DNA of 64,000 nt from Chiloscyllium plagiosum (lineage: Eukaryota), in the NCBI RefSeq assembly GCF_004010195.1, contig NC_057756.1, forward strand, positions 6,614,788-6,678,787. Reading direction: 5' to 3'. The position numbers and the translations under genes were made by a program. Positions 23,235 through 35,901 of this stretch are shown piece after piece. The notes under the pieces were generated by a model. It was not told the DNA's origin, did no database searches, and saw only the letters and a list, made by a program, of their open reading frames with translations. Position 1 is the first letter of the stretch. Each line of letters opens with the position of its first letter.

Positions 23235-26200
23235 GGAATTAAGGGATATGGGGAGAGTGCGGGTAAGTGGCGTTGAAATGCCCTTCAGCCATGATTAAAT
23301 GGCAGAGTGGACTCGATGGGCTGAATGGCCTTACTTCCACTTCTATGTCTTATCGTCTTATTGTCTTAATGGTTGGAATTCAGTGCATTTTTGTAAAGAT
23401 TGGTTCCACAATCATTAATACAGCCACGCTGGTATCGACCTCCATTAGAACTGGGTGACCATTTAACCAGACATTGATTTTGACTGGTTCCGATTTAGAG
23501 TTATAGAGAATTACAGCATGGAAACAGATCTTCTCTCTAACTCTTCCATGTCAATCTTAAATTAATCTAGTCCCATGTGCCAGCTTTTAGCCCATACCCC
23601 TCTAAACCCTTCCTATTCATATACCCACCCAGATGCTGTTTAAATGCTATAATTGTACCAGCCTCCACCACTTCCTCTGGCAACTCTGTCTATACACGTG
23701 CCACCCTCTGTGTGAAATAGTTACCCCTTAGGTCCCTTTAAATCTTTCCCCTCTCAGCTTAAACCTATGACCTCTAGTTCTGGACTCTCTTGGGAAAAGA
23801 CCTTGACTATTTACTCTATCCATGCACTTCATGATTTTATAAACCTCTATAAGGTCACCCCTCAGCCTCCCATGCTCCAGGGAAAACAGCCCCAGCCTAT
23901 TGAGCCACCCCCTGCAACTCAAATCCTCCAACCCTGGCAACATCCTTCTAAATCCTTTTTGAACCATTTCAAGTTTCACAATATCCTTCCTATAGCAGAG
24001 AGATCAGAATTACATGCAGTATTCCAAATGTGGCCTAACCAATGTCCTGTACAGCTGCAGCAGGACCTCCCAATTGCTATACACAATGCACTGACCAATA
24101 AGGATATTGCTAAGCAATTTAACTGTTCCAAACCATATGTAGGTGGACTTTCCAGGGTGTGCACTGTCCTGGATACCGGCCTATGAGTTCTCTTACTCAA
24201 GTCAGGCCTAGGGGTGTCTCTTTTGTTGTCTCAAGTTCATATACTGGCAGCAACTACAATGGCCTTGGCGAAAGTGAGGACTGCAGATGCTGGAGATCAG
24301 AGTCTAGATTAGAGTGGTGCTGGAAAAGCACAGCAGGTCAGGTGGCATCCGAGGAGCAGGAAAATCGCGTTTCGGACAAAAGCCCTTCCTCAAACTACAA
24401 TGGTCTGCCATCCTTAATGACAGTTTGACGACAGCTTGGTTTTGTTTTTGGGTTTTTGCTGTGGGCTGACCTCTGTTCAGGATATATTCTGAGTGAGGCT
24501 ATGCAATTGCCTTCACTCAAGAGGCGTTCCCCAAACTCGGTCAGCCTGGCAAGGGTGCCCACTTCCGTCGGAATACCCTGCAACTCATTTGGTGCACTTG
24601 CTGCATTTCTAACGGCAAAGCCACTTGTAGGGCCTGTTTGAAGTCCATTTGGGCTTTAGCTGGTAAGCGCTTTTGCATGTTTATGCCATTAATCCCACAC
24701 ACCAAACGGTCTCTGTGCATCTCACTTCAGGTTAAACTAAAATCACAGGCCTCTGCAAGTTGTCTTCACCTCGTCAAAGATCCCAATATGGATTCCCCTA
24801 GTTTGCGAAGTGCCAAGTGAAACCAATACTGGGGTTGTAATATTTCTTAGCTAAATTCTTAGCCATGGATTGAGATTGCCTGCTTATTGTGCTTCCCCTA
24901 TGCTTTTTGGTACAAAATATAATAAACTCCAAATTCCTTCACTATCTGCAAACAGGAAATATTGTACCTTTTAGTAATTTGAATGTGAACCTTGACCATA
25001 GACTGTACTCATTTGTTAGTTTTTGTTAGGAAATGTCTTAACACAATGTTGCCTTGTTCAATGTTTGGCAGGCAGAGGTCTATTACTCCCACATACAGTT
25101 GTCTCTGAAGTCAGTCGATTTAAATCCAGCACATACATCAATGTTTCCGTAAACTGACTACCTTGACCTCTTCCTTTGAGTCGAAAGAGGAACTACTGCA
25201 ACGAAAGAGGTCTAATGCAGCGGTTCAGCCTTGGTGTGGGTTGATACTTGTTTTAAACATGTTTAAGTCAAGTCAATGATTAACCTTTTAGCAAAGCAGA
25301 AGAGATAATAGAGTGAAATCCCCCGATGATACAGCATCAAATACCACAATCCTTCACTAACTGTTCCTCTTAGGTTTCTAAATAAGCTTTTATATATTGT
25401 TTTTAAATTGTTTAGAATAAATGTTAGGCCTGATGCACAATCATCTCCAATTATTCACTCCACCCCATGTCCCTTCATGCAAACACTATTTCCACCCCCC
25501 CTTGCCTTTAAGAGTTCAAAAATGTACTTTTCATTTCACTCAGCGGGAGATCGCAGAGAATAAGCAGGCATCATTCTTCCTCCCCTCTGTTAAACCCCCT
25601 CCATTCCCACCAGCTACAGCGACCAGCTCTACATCTCTAAATTGTTTCCATCTGATGTGGCACTTATTTGTGTAGGGATACAGACATGCCAAGGAAGGTC
25701 GAACATGGACTGGACCGAGCTAATCATAGAACCCCTACACTGTGGAAACAGATCAGCTGGCCCAACTAGTCCAAACCGACCCATTCCCTTACCCTATTGC
25801 GCTGCATTTCCCCTGACTAATACATCTAACCTACACATCCCTGAACACTATGGACAATTGAGCATGGTCAATCCACCCTGACCTGCACGTCTTTGGACTG
25901 TGGGAGGAAACCGAAGCATCCAGAGGAAACCCACGCAGACACAGGGAGAGTGTGCAAACTCCACATAAACAGTCACCCGAGGCTGGAATCGAGGCAGCAG
26001 TGCTAACCACTGAGCCACATACTTTTAATGATTTGCTTTACTTACAACATTGAAACAGTTTGCAAAAGCACAAAACCATACACACTATCTGTAGGCCAAA
26101 GGATATTTGCATTTACTAAAGTGCTGTTTGAAATGGTCCAGCAAACCACTCAGTTGAGGGGAAATTAGGGATGGGTAGCAAATGCTGACCTTTACCAGTG

Positions 26201-27129
26201 GTGCTCATACCTCAGAGAAGAATAAACGGAAGTAAAGTTAGAATAATCACAGTGTTCTCCAGCACAGAAACAGATCCTTTGGTCGAATTCATCCATGCTG
26301 ACCAGATATTCTAATAAATCTAGTCCCATTTGCCAGCATTTGGCCCATATCGCTCTAAACCCTTCCTATTCATATACCCATCCAGCTGCCTTTTAAATGC
26401 TGTAATTGTACCAGCCTCCACCATTTCTTCTGACAGCACATTCCATACACGCACCACCCTCTGCTTGAAAAAGTTGACCCCCTTCAGTGCCTTTTATAAC
26501 TTTCCCCTCTCACTTTTAACCTATGTCCTCTAGTTTTCGACTCCCCTATCATAGCTATTGATACATCTGTGCTCCTTAAGGTTTTCTTTTTGAAAACCTC
26601 TATAAGGTAATCCCTCAGCCTCTGATGCTCGAGGGGAAATAGCCCCAGCCTATGTAGCCTCTCTCTATAGCTCAAACCCAGCAACATCCTTGCAAATCTT
26701 TGTGAATTCTTTCAAGTTTAACAACGTGCTTGCTATAGCAGTGAGACCAGAATTGAACACAATATTCCAAAAGTGGCCGAACCACTGACCTGTACAGCCA
26801 CAGCATTATGCGCCAACTCCAATATGCATTGCAGTGATCACACGCCAAGGTCTTGAAGAGGCTTCCTTTTCTTGGACCTTCTTCTTTTGGGCAGAGCTCC
26901 TCAAGGCTTCTGCAAATGCGATGTTAGACCTGCCACAATGTTTTCCTGGTGGCAATTACTGGGATGTGGTTGCCGGGAGACCTGATTGGGGGATTGAATA
27001 GCCAAGGGTACACTGTGTTTCAGAAGGGTAGGGAAGAAGCAAAGGAGGTGGTGTAACTCTGTGAGTAAATGGACAGTTCAGTGTTGTCGTGAGAAATGAT
27101 ATCTGCATTATGATAGGGGGTAAACACTC

Positions 27130-27840
27130 CTGCTTAATCTAAACCAGCAACACAGAAAAGATTTCACAGCAATCTGTGAAACTTTGAGAGGCCAAGAACT
27201 ATTTAAAGTAAAAATTAACAACTTTANNNNGAAGAAGGGCTGATGCCCGAAACGTCGATTCTCCTGTTCCCTAGATGCTGCCTGACCTGCTGCGTTTTTC
27301 CAGCAACTCATTCCTCTAACCTATCTTTTGCCTTCCCCTTCTACAATACTAGTCTGATAAAATCTGTAAAATAAGATTGACAAAACAAAACTTCCTATCT
27401 CCAAATGAGGCAGCTTTTAATTCTTCTCTGTATTCTAGTCTTCTTTTCTTCTTATTGGGGTTTCTGCTTCACAGGTTACTGATCAATAAAAGTACCTTGA
27501 AGTGAGTTATTTTTCAGGTAGTCTGTATGTATTGGCTTGGCAGTTGTCCTCTCAACTGTCCAATTTTCCCTGGTCTTATATTTCCCAAAGCATCGGATTG
27601 AGTCATTGGCTTTTAAGATTGTCAATATACTCAATTCAAACTGGATTGGAATTTTTTGGGGGGTATAATTTAAACTAATTAGCCTAATTTGGATCTGTTT
27701 TTCTCTCCAGGCAACCAGCTACACTAACTGCTGGACCAATAGGTTACATTATATCTTTTTTGCAGAACACTTGGTGCTGTCAAGTAGTTGTGTTGCTTTT
27801 CACTCTCTTACAGATACAGTACGCCCACATCTTCATAACA
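27130..27840 (+). repeat. Unclassified interspersed repeat of about 700 bp; second copy at about 56520-57205
   Basis: Collinear similarity (aaccagcaacacagaaaagattt...cccaaagcatcggattg...ttcataaca). No coding capacity; possibly a solo LTR. Confidence 0.75.
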
Positions 27841-27849
27841 ACTGGACAT

Positions 27850-30400
27850 GACGATGCAGAATCAATCTGGGTAGATACAAGAAATAGCAAGGGGACAAAA
27901 AACCTGACGGGCAGTAATCTGGGTGCCCAAACAGTAGGCCTGCATTTGGGGAAGGTATAAACTAGGAAATGCGGGGGTTTATAAGAAAGGTATGGCAATC
28001 ATTATGGTAAATTCTAACCTGCATATGGATCGGAATAATCGAATGGCCAGGGAGAGCCTTGAGGGGAAGTTCATTGACTGTATTTTCTTGAAGTAATCGG
28101 TTGTGGAACCAACCAACCCAGGAGCAGGCTAATCCAGATTTGTCAATGTGAAATGAGATGGGATTAATTAATGTGGTCAGAATGAAGCATCGATAATAAC
28201 ATGCCAGAATTTCAAATTCAGTTTATGGATGAGAAACTGGAATCCCACACAAGTATTTTGGAGATGAACAAAGGTAATCACATAGGCATGAGGATAGGTC
28301 TGTCTTGAGTGGTCTGTGTGAGAAGATTAAATGGTAGGACAGTTGATGAGCAGTGAAGGATGTTTAAAGAGACACTCAAGTATTCTGAACTAAAATGTAT
28401 TCCAGAAAGGAAGGATAATTGTAAGGCAGTAAAAATAATCCATGGCTTAGCAGGGAAGTTAAAGAGAATTTATAAAAAAACAAAAACTAAGGCTATTATA
28501 TTGAAAAGGTGAGTGGTAGATTGGAACTTTGAGAAATTATAAAGATCAATAAAGGATTACTATAAAGTTCATAAAAAGAGCAAAGGTAAATTATGGAAGA
28601 AAACCAGTGCAAAATGCAAAAAGGAAGAAACTTATGTAAGTATATAAAATGGAGAAGAGTAGCTAAAGTGAATCCCTTGGAAAATGAGAATTGGAAGATG
28701 ATATTGGGGAACGTAGAACTGGCAGAGTCAGTAAATTAATATTTTCCTTCATTTTCACAAGGAGAGGACACTAGTACCACCCCAAAATCAGCAGGTAATG
28801 CAGAGGTTATAGAAAGGGAGATACACAGAGCAATCATCATCACGAGGGAAAAAGTACTGAGCAAACTACTCAGAGCAGACAAGTCCCCAGGTCCTCAAAG
28901 ACCCACATTCTCAGGTCTTAAAGGAAGAGACAGCAGAAATAGTAGATCCGTTGGTTATTATATTCCAAAATTCCCTGGATGCTGGAAAGGCTTCAATAGA
29001 TGCTTAAAAATGCTAACACAGCACCCTCCTTCAAAAAGAGAAAGAGGCAGAAAGAACAGAAACAGATCATTTTGTTTAACATGTGTTATTGAGAAATTGT
29101 TAGAATCCATTATTAAGGAAGTAATAACAGGGCATTATGAAAGTCAAAACACAATCCATCAGAGTCAGTGTGGCTCTATGAGGGGTAAATCATGTTTGAC
29201 TAATTGCCTAGAGTTCTTTGAAGATGTAAGAAGCAACGTGAATAATGGGGATCCTGTTGATGCAGTATATCTGGACTTCCAGATGGCAATGGATAAGGTA
29301 CTGCACAAAAGGTAAGATCGCATGGGTACGGAGTAATTTATTAGCTTGGATAAAGGATTGGCTAACCAATAGAAAACAGAAAGTTGAGAGAAATGGGTCC
29401 TTCTCTGGTTGGCAGGATGTAACTAATGAGGTTCGAAGAGTTTGGTTCTCAGGCCCTAAGTATTGACATTCTGTATTAATAACCTGGAAGCTGAGGCAGA
29501 AGGTACTGGAGCCAGATTTGGTGATGACACTAAAATAGGTCGGAAAGTAATTTGCAATGAAGAAGTAAGAAATTTACAAATGGACACAGATGGGACAAAA
29601 TGTGGTAGATGAAGGGTGGCATGGATAAGTGTGAGATTTTGCATCTTGGTCAGAGGAGTAGAAAGGGAACTTTATTCTCTAAATGGGGAGAAACTTCAGA
29701 GTACCTATGGCAAGATAGATCTGAGTGCCCTTGTGTATAAATCACAGAGAATTAGTATGCAGGAACAGTAGGTAACAGGAAGACAAATAGAGTTTTGCCA
29801 TTAATCACTAAAAGATTTGATTATAAAAGTAAGGAACTTTTGCTGCAACCGTACAAGGCATTAGTGAGACCACACATGGAGTACAGTGTAAAATTTTAGT
29901 CCACTTACTTGAGAAGGGGTGTAGTTGTATTGGACGCAGTTCACAGGAGGTTCACTAGATTGATTCCAGAGATGTGGGGTTTGTAAAGAGAGATTAAGTG
30001 ATTTAAGCCTGTACTCTCTGGAGTTCAGAAAAATTAGAGGAGATCTAATTCAGATATAAGATACCAAAGGGATTGACAAAGTTGGGAAGGATGTTTCCAA
30101 TTTACAATGAGATGTCATAGTTTTAGGATCAGGGTCAGCAGATGTAAAACTGAGATGTGACAAAATCACCTCTCTTAACCTGTGGAATTCACTACCCCAG
30201 CATGCAGTGAATGCTGTGATGCTGAGTAAATGTAAGGAGGAGGTAGACTGATTGGTAATTCGTAATGCATTAAAGGGTTATGTGGAGCAGGCAGAAGAAT
30301 GGAATGGGGACCGAGATGAGGCCAGCCATGATTGTATTGAATAGCAGAGCATGTTTGACAGGCTGAATGGCCTACTCCTCCTCTGAGTTTTTATGCTCTT
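27850..30400 (+). mobile_element. Old, degenerate CR1-clade LINE ORF2
   Basis: Fragments GKSCLTNCLEFFEDV, VYLDFQ.A.DKV, WIKDWLTNRKQKV, with many stops and indels. Confidence 0.88.
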
Positions 30401-31898
30401 AACTTAAGAGTTTGAGATGCACAGGGCATGTAAGGAAGAACACTTTAACACAGCAAATAACACTGACCTGGAACTCACTCCCAATAAGGGCAATGGAAGC
30501 AAAGACAATGAGTAACTTCCAAAGGAACTTGGATGGGCTTTGGAAGGAGATACACATACAGGACGACAGGGATACCTTAGTGGCAACTATTGCGATGATG
30601 AATGACCTCCTTCTGTGCCATAATCCAAGTGTCAGACATGTTTCCTTCATAGAGGTACTCAACACTGTTCACCAGACAAACCTCTCATCTCTGGAATCAA
30701 TCAACTGAGCCTCCTCTGGACTGCCTCCGATACTCAATTGGAGTCACTCAAGTAAATGTCCTCAGCCCAACCACTTCAATCTGCTTCATCAGTGGGTTCA
30801 CTTCCACCTTCCCTTTATAATGCATGGAGATGTTTATTTTTTAATGTGGTATTGGGTTCCATTCTCAGCTGGGAGCAATGAGAGCAAGAAAACAGTCAGT
30901 TTTTGAGCTGGTTTGTGACAAGTAACATACACCTCCCAGAGGAGAGAGTCAAGCCATCTTGACATTCAGTAGCATTGCGGAATCCTCCATCATTAACGTC
31001 CCGGGGAAATTACCGTTGACCATGAGCTGAATGCTGTCAGCAATATCAATATCAAGACGAATCCAAGATTGGGAATTCTGTGACGAGCAACTCATCAAAA
31101 CAATCTCCACCGTCCACGAGGCGCAATACTCCCCACTTGCCCACAGTGCCAAAAACACGCAAGAGGCTGAACACCATCCAGGACAAAGCAACCTGCTTGA
31201 TTGGCACCATACCCACCATTGTTGCTGCATTGTATAGCACCTGCACGATTTGTTGCAATGCCTAACCAAGGCTCCTTCAACAGAACCTTACGAATTGCAA
31301 CTTTTACTGCCCAGTTGGGCAAAGTCATCAGGATGAGGCTGACACACCCAGCTGCAAGACCCCCTCCAAGCCCCATGCTTTCCTGATTTGGAAACATATT
31401 GCCATTCCGACAAATGTAACTGCTTCGAATACACTATCCTCAGCTCAAAGTGGGAACGCCAGGACACTCAGTGAAGAACATGATGGGATGTGGTTTGATG
31501 TCCCTTTATCAGTATTGGCCATTGTGTACATGGATGTACAATGACCATGGAGACTTGTTGCTATCCCCTCTCAATCAGATTTCGGTGGAGAATGGGAAAA
31601 CTGGTCAGACTGTGGGAGACCTGGCCTTCCTCAGTCACAGAAACAGTCACCACCTCATCCTCAACTGAAGGACTGAAGAGTTTAACCTGGGGAAAAGGGA
31701 GGAGAATTATAGCGTGAATGTGCTTCCTGCAGCATTCCATCAGTCAGTGAACTGGATAACTGCCACCGTCTCCCGATAGTTCCACTCAGTGAAGTTAGCT
31801 CTTGACTGATTGAATTAGTTAAAAATTAACCTGGTTCATTGACCAGGGACTGCTGGCTGGACACTGTTTAGTACAGGGACCGACGCTGCTCTCACAGG

Positions 31899-31950
31899 AT
31901 GGAGAGAGCCCGACTCACTGCCATTACTGTCTGGTCACTTCTATCTCTTG
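31899..31950 (+). CDS. Leader exon of the CEACAM-like gene (MERARLTAITVWSLLSL)
   Basis: ATG in a good context (aggATGg), hydrophobic stretch, phase-1 donor g|gtgaga, 169-nt intron to the N-domain exon. Confidence 0.85.
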
Positions 31951-32119
31951 GTGAGAGTGAATTTCTCATGTTGGTATTGAGGGTTATGTAGGAAGGCTGT
32001 GGGGTGGGCGGGGGTGCTGGTGAGGATATGTTAAATACAAAGGGTTTCACAGTCTTTCCCTGTCTCCATTTGGAGTAAACTGGCTGAACATTAACCTGGG
32101 ATTTTTCTTCCCCTTGTAG

Positions 32120-32437
32120 TTGACTCTGAGGCTTTGACCATCTCAGTGAGTGAGAGGCGGATTAATGCAGCAATCAGAGACCCTGTGCTCCTGTCAGTGA
32201 GACCGTCGGAGAGGGTGAGGAGTGGATCTTGGAAGCACAATGGGTCAGATGTACTTCTGTGGATTAACACAACAGCAGACATTAATAATGTTTACACGGG
32301 ACGGGTGGAATTCTTACAGAGTAACAGCTCCCTCCTGCTCAAATCAGTCACTGCTTCAGACAACGGAGAGTACTGCGTTACCATGAACGCATTCGTTGAT
32401 GCTGTAGCAAATACAACAATCATCCTTTCTGTGTTTG
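32120..32437 (+). CDS. CEACAM/CD2-type IgV (N) domain exon lacking the canonical disulfide
   Basis: Acceptor tttttcttccccttgtag, donor g|gtgagt. Encodes ...PVLLSV...W...YTGRVEFLQSNSSLLLKSVTASDNGEYCVTM...ILSVF; no B-strand Cys. Confidence 0.88.
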
Positions 32438-33479
32438 GTGAGTAACAGGAATGTTTTCTTTATCCAAGTCGTTAATGCATCGCTTGTTCACAGGCTGCGT
32501 GTGAAACATGTTGGTTTGGGATCATGTATTTTGTCGATCCTGGAAGTCGAATTCTGGCAAGGGAACCACTGAGAAATGTCCTTGTTCAGCAATGAGTAGG
32601 GCCTCTGTACCTTTGGTGAACACACAGATTACAACCATCTACAAGACGCACGACAGCAACTCCCCAAGGCTCCACCAACATGACTTTCCAAACCAGTGAC
32701 CACTTCCTCCTCAGTTTAACTCCCAAGCTTCCTCCGCCTACTGTTAGTCAGCTCTGCCCCAGCCAGTGTGAGGGAGACAGACTCTCATAGTTGTGAAGGG
32801 TTTTTTTTTAAATCATTTTGTGCATGGGATATGGGCATCACTGGCTGGGCTAACATTTGTTGCTCACCACTAATTGCTTTGGATAAAATGGTGGTGAGTA
32901 GCCTTTATGAACTTTTGTATTCCCCAGGCAGTGGTGGCTTCCACAGTGCAGTTGGAGTTTCGGGATTTTGAAACCTGGTGACAGTGAGGGAACAGAACAT
33001 CTAATTCCAAGTCAAGATGAAAAACCTATCTATTTCTACCTTATAGAGCCATCAATACATATAGCATGGAAACAGACCTTTCGGTCCAACATGTCCATGC
33101 TGATTTATTTTCCCAAATTAAACAAGTCCCTCTTGCCTGTTTTTGGCCCATATTCCTCCAATCTTCTCCAACCTTTCCTATCTGAGTACCTGTCCAAATG
33201 CCTTTTAAATTCACCTGCCACTTTCTATAGCAGTTCATTCCACATACAAACCACCCTCTGAGTGAAAAGGTTGGCCCCCCAGTTCCCTTTCCCCTCTAGT
33301 TTTGAACTTCCCCCACCCCTAGAGTAAAGACCTTAGCTATTCACCTCCTCTCCTCATGATTTCGTAACCCTCCATAAGGTCACCCCTCAACCTCCTTCAG
33401 TCGAGTCTTGAATCCACTTAATGACACAGCCTCTGCGGTAAATGACCTTGTGGGAGCAAATAAATCAAGAAATCCCAAC

Positions 33480-34530
33480 TTTTTTTTAATGTCAAAAATA
33501 TACTTTATTCATAAAATATTTTGATTATCTGTACAATTGGTCATGCCATACATCCGTAAACATTCCATTTCTTGGTATGCAGAGACAGAGTAATCATTCA
33601 TATATACAGGTCTGTATGATTACATTTTCAGCAGAGCCCAAATGACTGCATGGGCCCCCTGTTCTTCTTAGGCAGGCAGATGTTACACAGTGGTTTTTTT
33701 TTTATTTCAAAAATATACTTTATTCATATATATTTAATCTATACAATTGGACATGTCATCATTCTGTGAACATTCCATTTCTTTACGTATCGAAACAGGG
33801 TAATCATTCATATTCACAGGTTAGTGCGATTAAATTGAGCTCAGACGCCAGCGGAGCCCAAATGACTGTGTGGGCCCCCTGTTCTTCTTAGGCAGGCAGA
33901 TGTTAGACGGGTGGTCTTTCCCCACCGCGCCTTGGCGGCAGCTGCCCCAAACTTCAGCGCGTCCCTCAACACGTAGTCCTGAACCTTGGAATGTGCCAGT
34001 CTGCAGCACTCAGTCGGGGTCAACTCCTTCAGCTGGAAGATAAACAGGTTTCGGACCACCCAGAGAGCGTCCTTCACCGAGTTGATGATCCTCCAGGCAC
34101 AGTTGATGTTCGTCTCGGTGTGCGTCCCGGGGAACAGGCCGTAGAGCACGGAGTCCCACGTCACGGCGCTGCTCGGGACGAACCTCGACAAACACCACTG
34201 CATTCCTCTCCAGACTCCCTCTGCGTAGGCACATTCCAGAAGGAAGTGTGTGACAGTCTCGTCCCCCCCGCAGCCGCTTCGAGGGCAGCATGTGGTGCGG
34301 CTGAGAGTCCGGGCGTGCATAAAGGATCTCACAGGCAGAGCCCTTCTCACCACCAGCCAAGCCATGTCTTGGTGCTTGTTGGAAAGTTCTGGCGATGAGG
34401 CATTCTGCCAAATGGCTTTGACAGTCTGCTCAGAGAACCGCTCGATAGGATCCGCCCTCTCCTTTTCCCGAAGGGTCTCAAGGACACTACGTACTGACCA
34501 CTTCCTGATGGACTTGTGGTCAAAGGAACC
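33480..34530 (-). mobile_element. Tx1/L1-clade LINE 3' end with a duplicated 3' tail
   Basis: ORF 33841-34365 has the zf-RVT-like CPRSGCGGDETVTHFLLEC. Two tandem tails, each with aataaa and poly(A) (T-runs on + near 33480 and 33693). Confidence 0.88.
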
Positions 34531-35901
34531 CTCTGTGTGAAACTGTTGCTCCAGGGCTCACTCAGCTTCTCTGCCATTTTCTATTTCCTATCACACATTT
34601 CCCTGTTCCTACCTGTCATAGACACATTTTTGCCCTGTGCTAATCTTTACCTTATTCCATACGTAGATGAGGTTTTACATTCTGTTTCCATGTTTCTTAC
34701 TATTTTACAATCACATTTTATTCTCTCTCTCTCGCTCTTTGTAAGCCTCTTCATTTTATTTAATATTATCTTTAACTGCCCTGTTAGCAATGGTTCTCTT
34801 GCTTTTCCTGTTGGGTGTTTTTTCTTGAAGGAATGTATATTTTGAAAATCCCAATCATTAATTATTTAAATGATGTCCATTGCCTTTCTACTGTTGAACC
34901 TTTTAATGTGGTTTTGTAATGCACTACAGCCAATCTCTTCCTTCTATGTTTATAATTGCCCTTTTAGTCCTAATTGCCATGGTCTGTGTGTGTAAGTGGC
35001 CTGATATCTCAGTGTGTAGATTAGACTGTTGTAAAGGACACAGTTTAGACAACATCCATTAAACACTCCAACACTGCAGGATTATAAATGCTATTGGCCA
35101 GCCATTGCACAAAGGAACCAGAAAAGAAGAATTTCAATCAATCTACAAAGCCACGAATCTCAAAATTAACTGTACAATGATCAACATTAATGCTACCAGC
35201 AAAATCTGCAGGAATGGTGTCAACATTCTAATATCCACTCTTTACAAGCGACTCAGAGACTGATCTACATCATTTAAAAACTTTGTATCATTTTTGAAGT
35301 CTTCCTTTTCCTGATATGTGTGTGCATTATTGTGTCTTCTCATATTTAGAATCTCACAAGCTCACACTTTCATTGACTCAGGAAAACCTGATTAATTTGA
35401 TTCCTTTTAAAACATAAATTAATTTGGTTCTGGGAGAAATGTATCCACAAAGGAGGTGATCCTTTATAAATTAATCTTGTTGTGGCCAACCAAGGGGCAG
35501 GTGAATAAAGAAGGGGAACCAAGGGTCATCCTTCCTCACCCATGAGCATGTCAATGTGCGCTATCCTATCTGGAATCATGACAACTTGGGGAAGCTTGCC
35601 GAGAACCTTGTCATGACAATGCTTAGGTGTGGGAATTTCTGCATTCTGTGAATAATGGATATTTTCCAGCGAAGAGACAGAAAGCATAGACAGTAGCACT
35701 GTCCTTCTGGAGACTGCCTAACTGTGATAGGAGGGACAGTTATTGTTTTTGCACTTAACCATCACTTCTTTCTACGGTGTATAAATTTCTCCCTGAACCC
35801 CTCTGCCTTTCTATTCTCTATTAAATAAACTAAACCAGGCCAATTCCATTGTACTGGGTAACGAAGTAAAGAACTGGGCAAGTTTGGTGTGGTTACCTCT
35901 A

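Noticed and set aside
22589..23298. Three long ORFs (188-217 aa)
   Set aside because: They run through the 500-N gap. The real coding frame here is the terminal Siglec exon 22579-22701.
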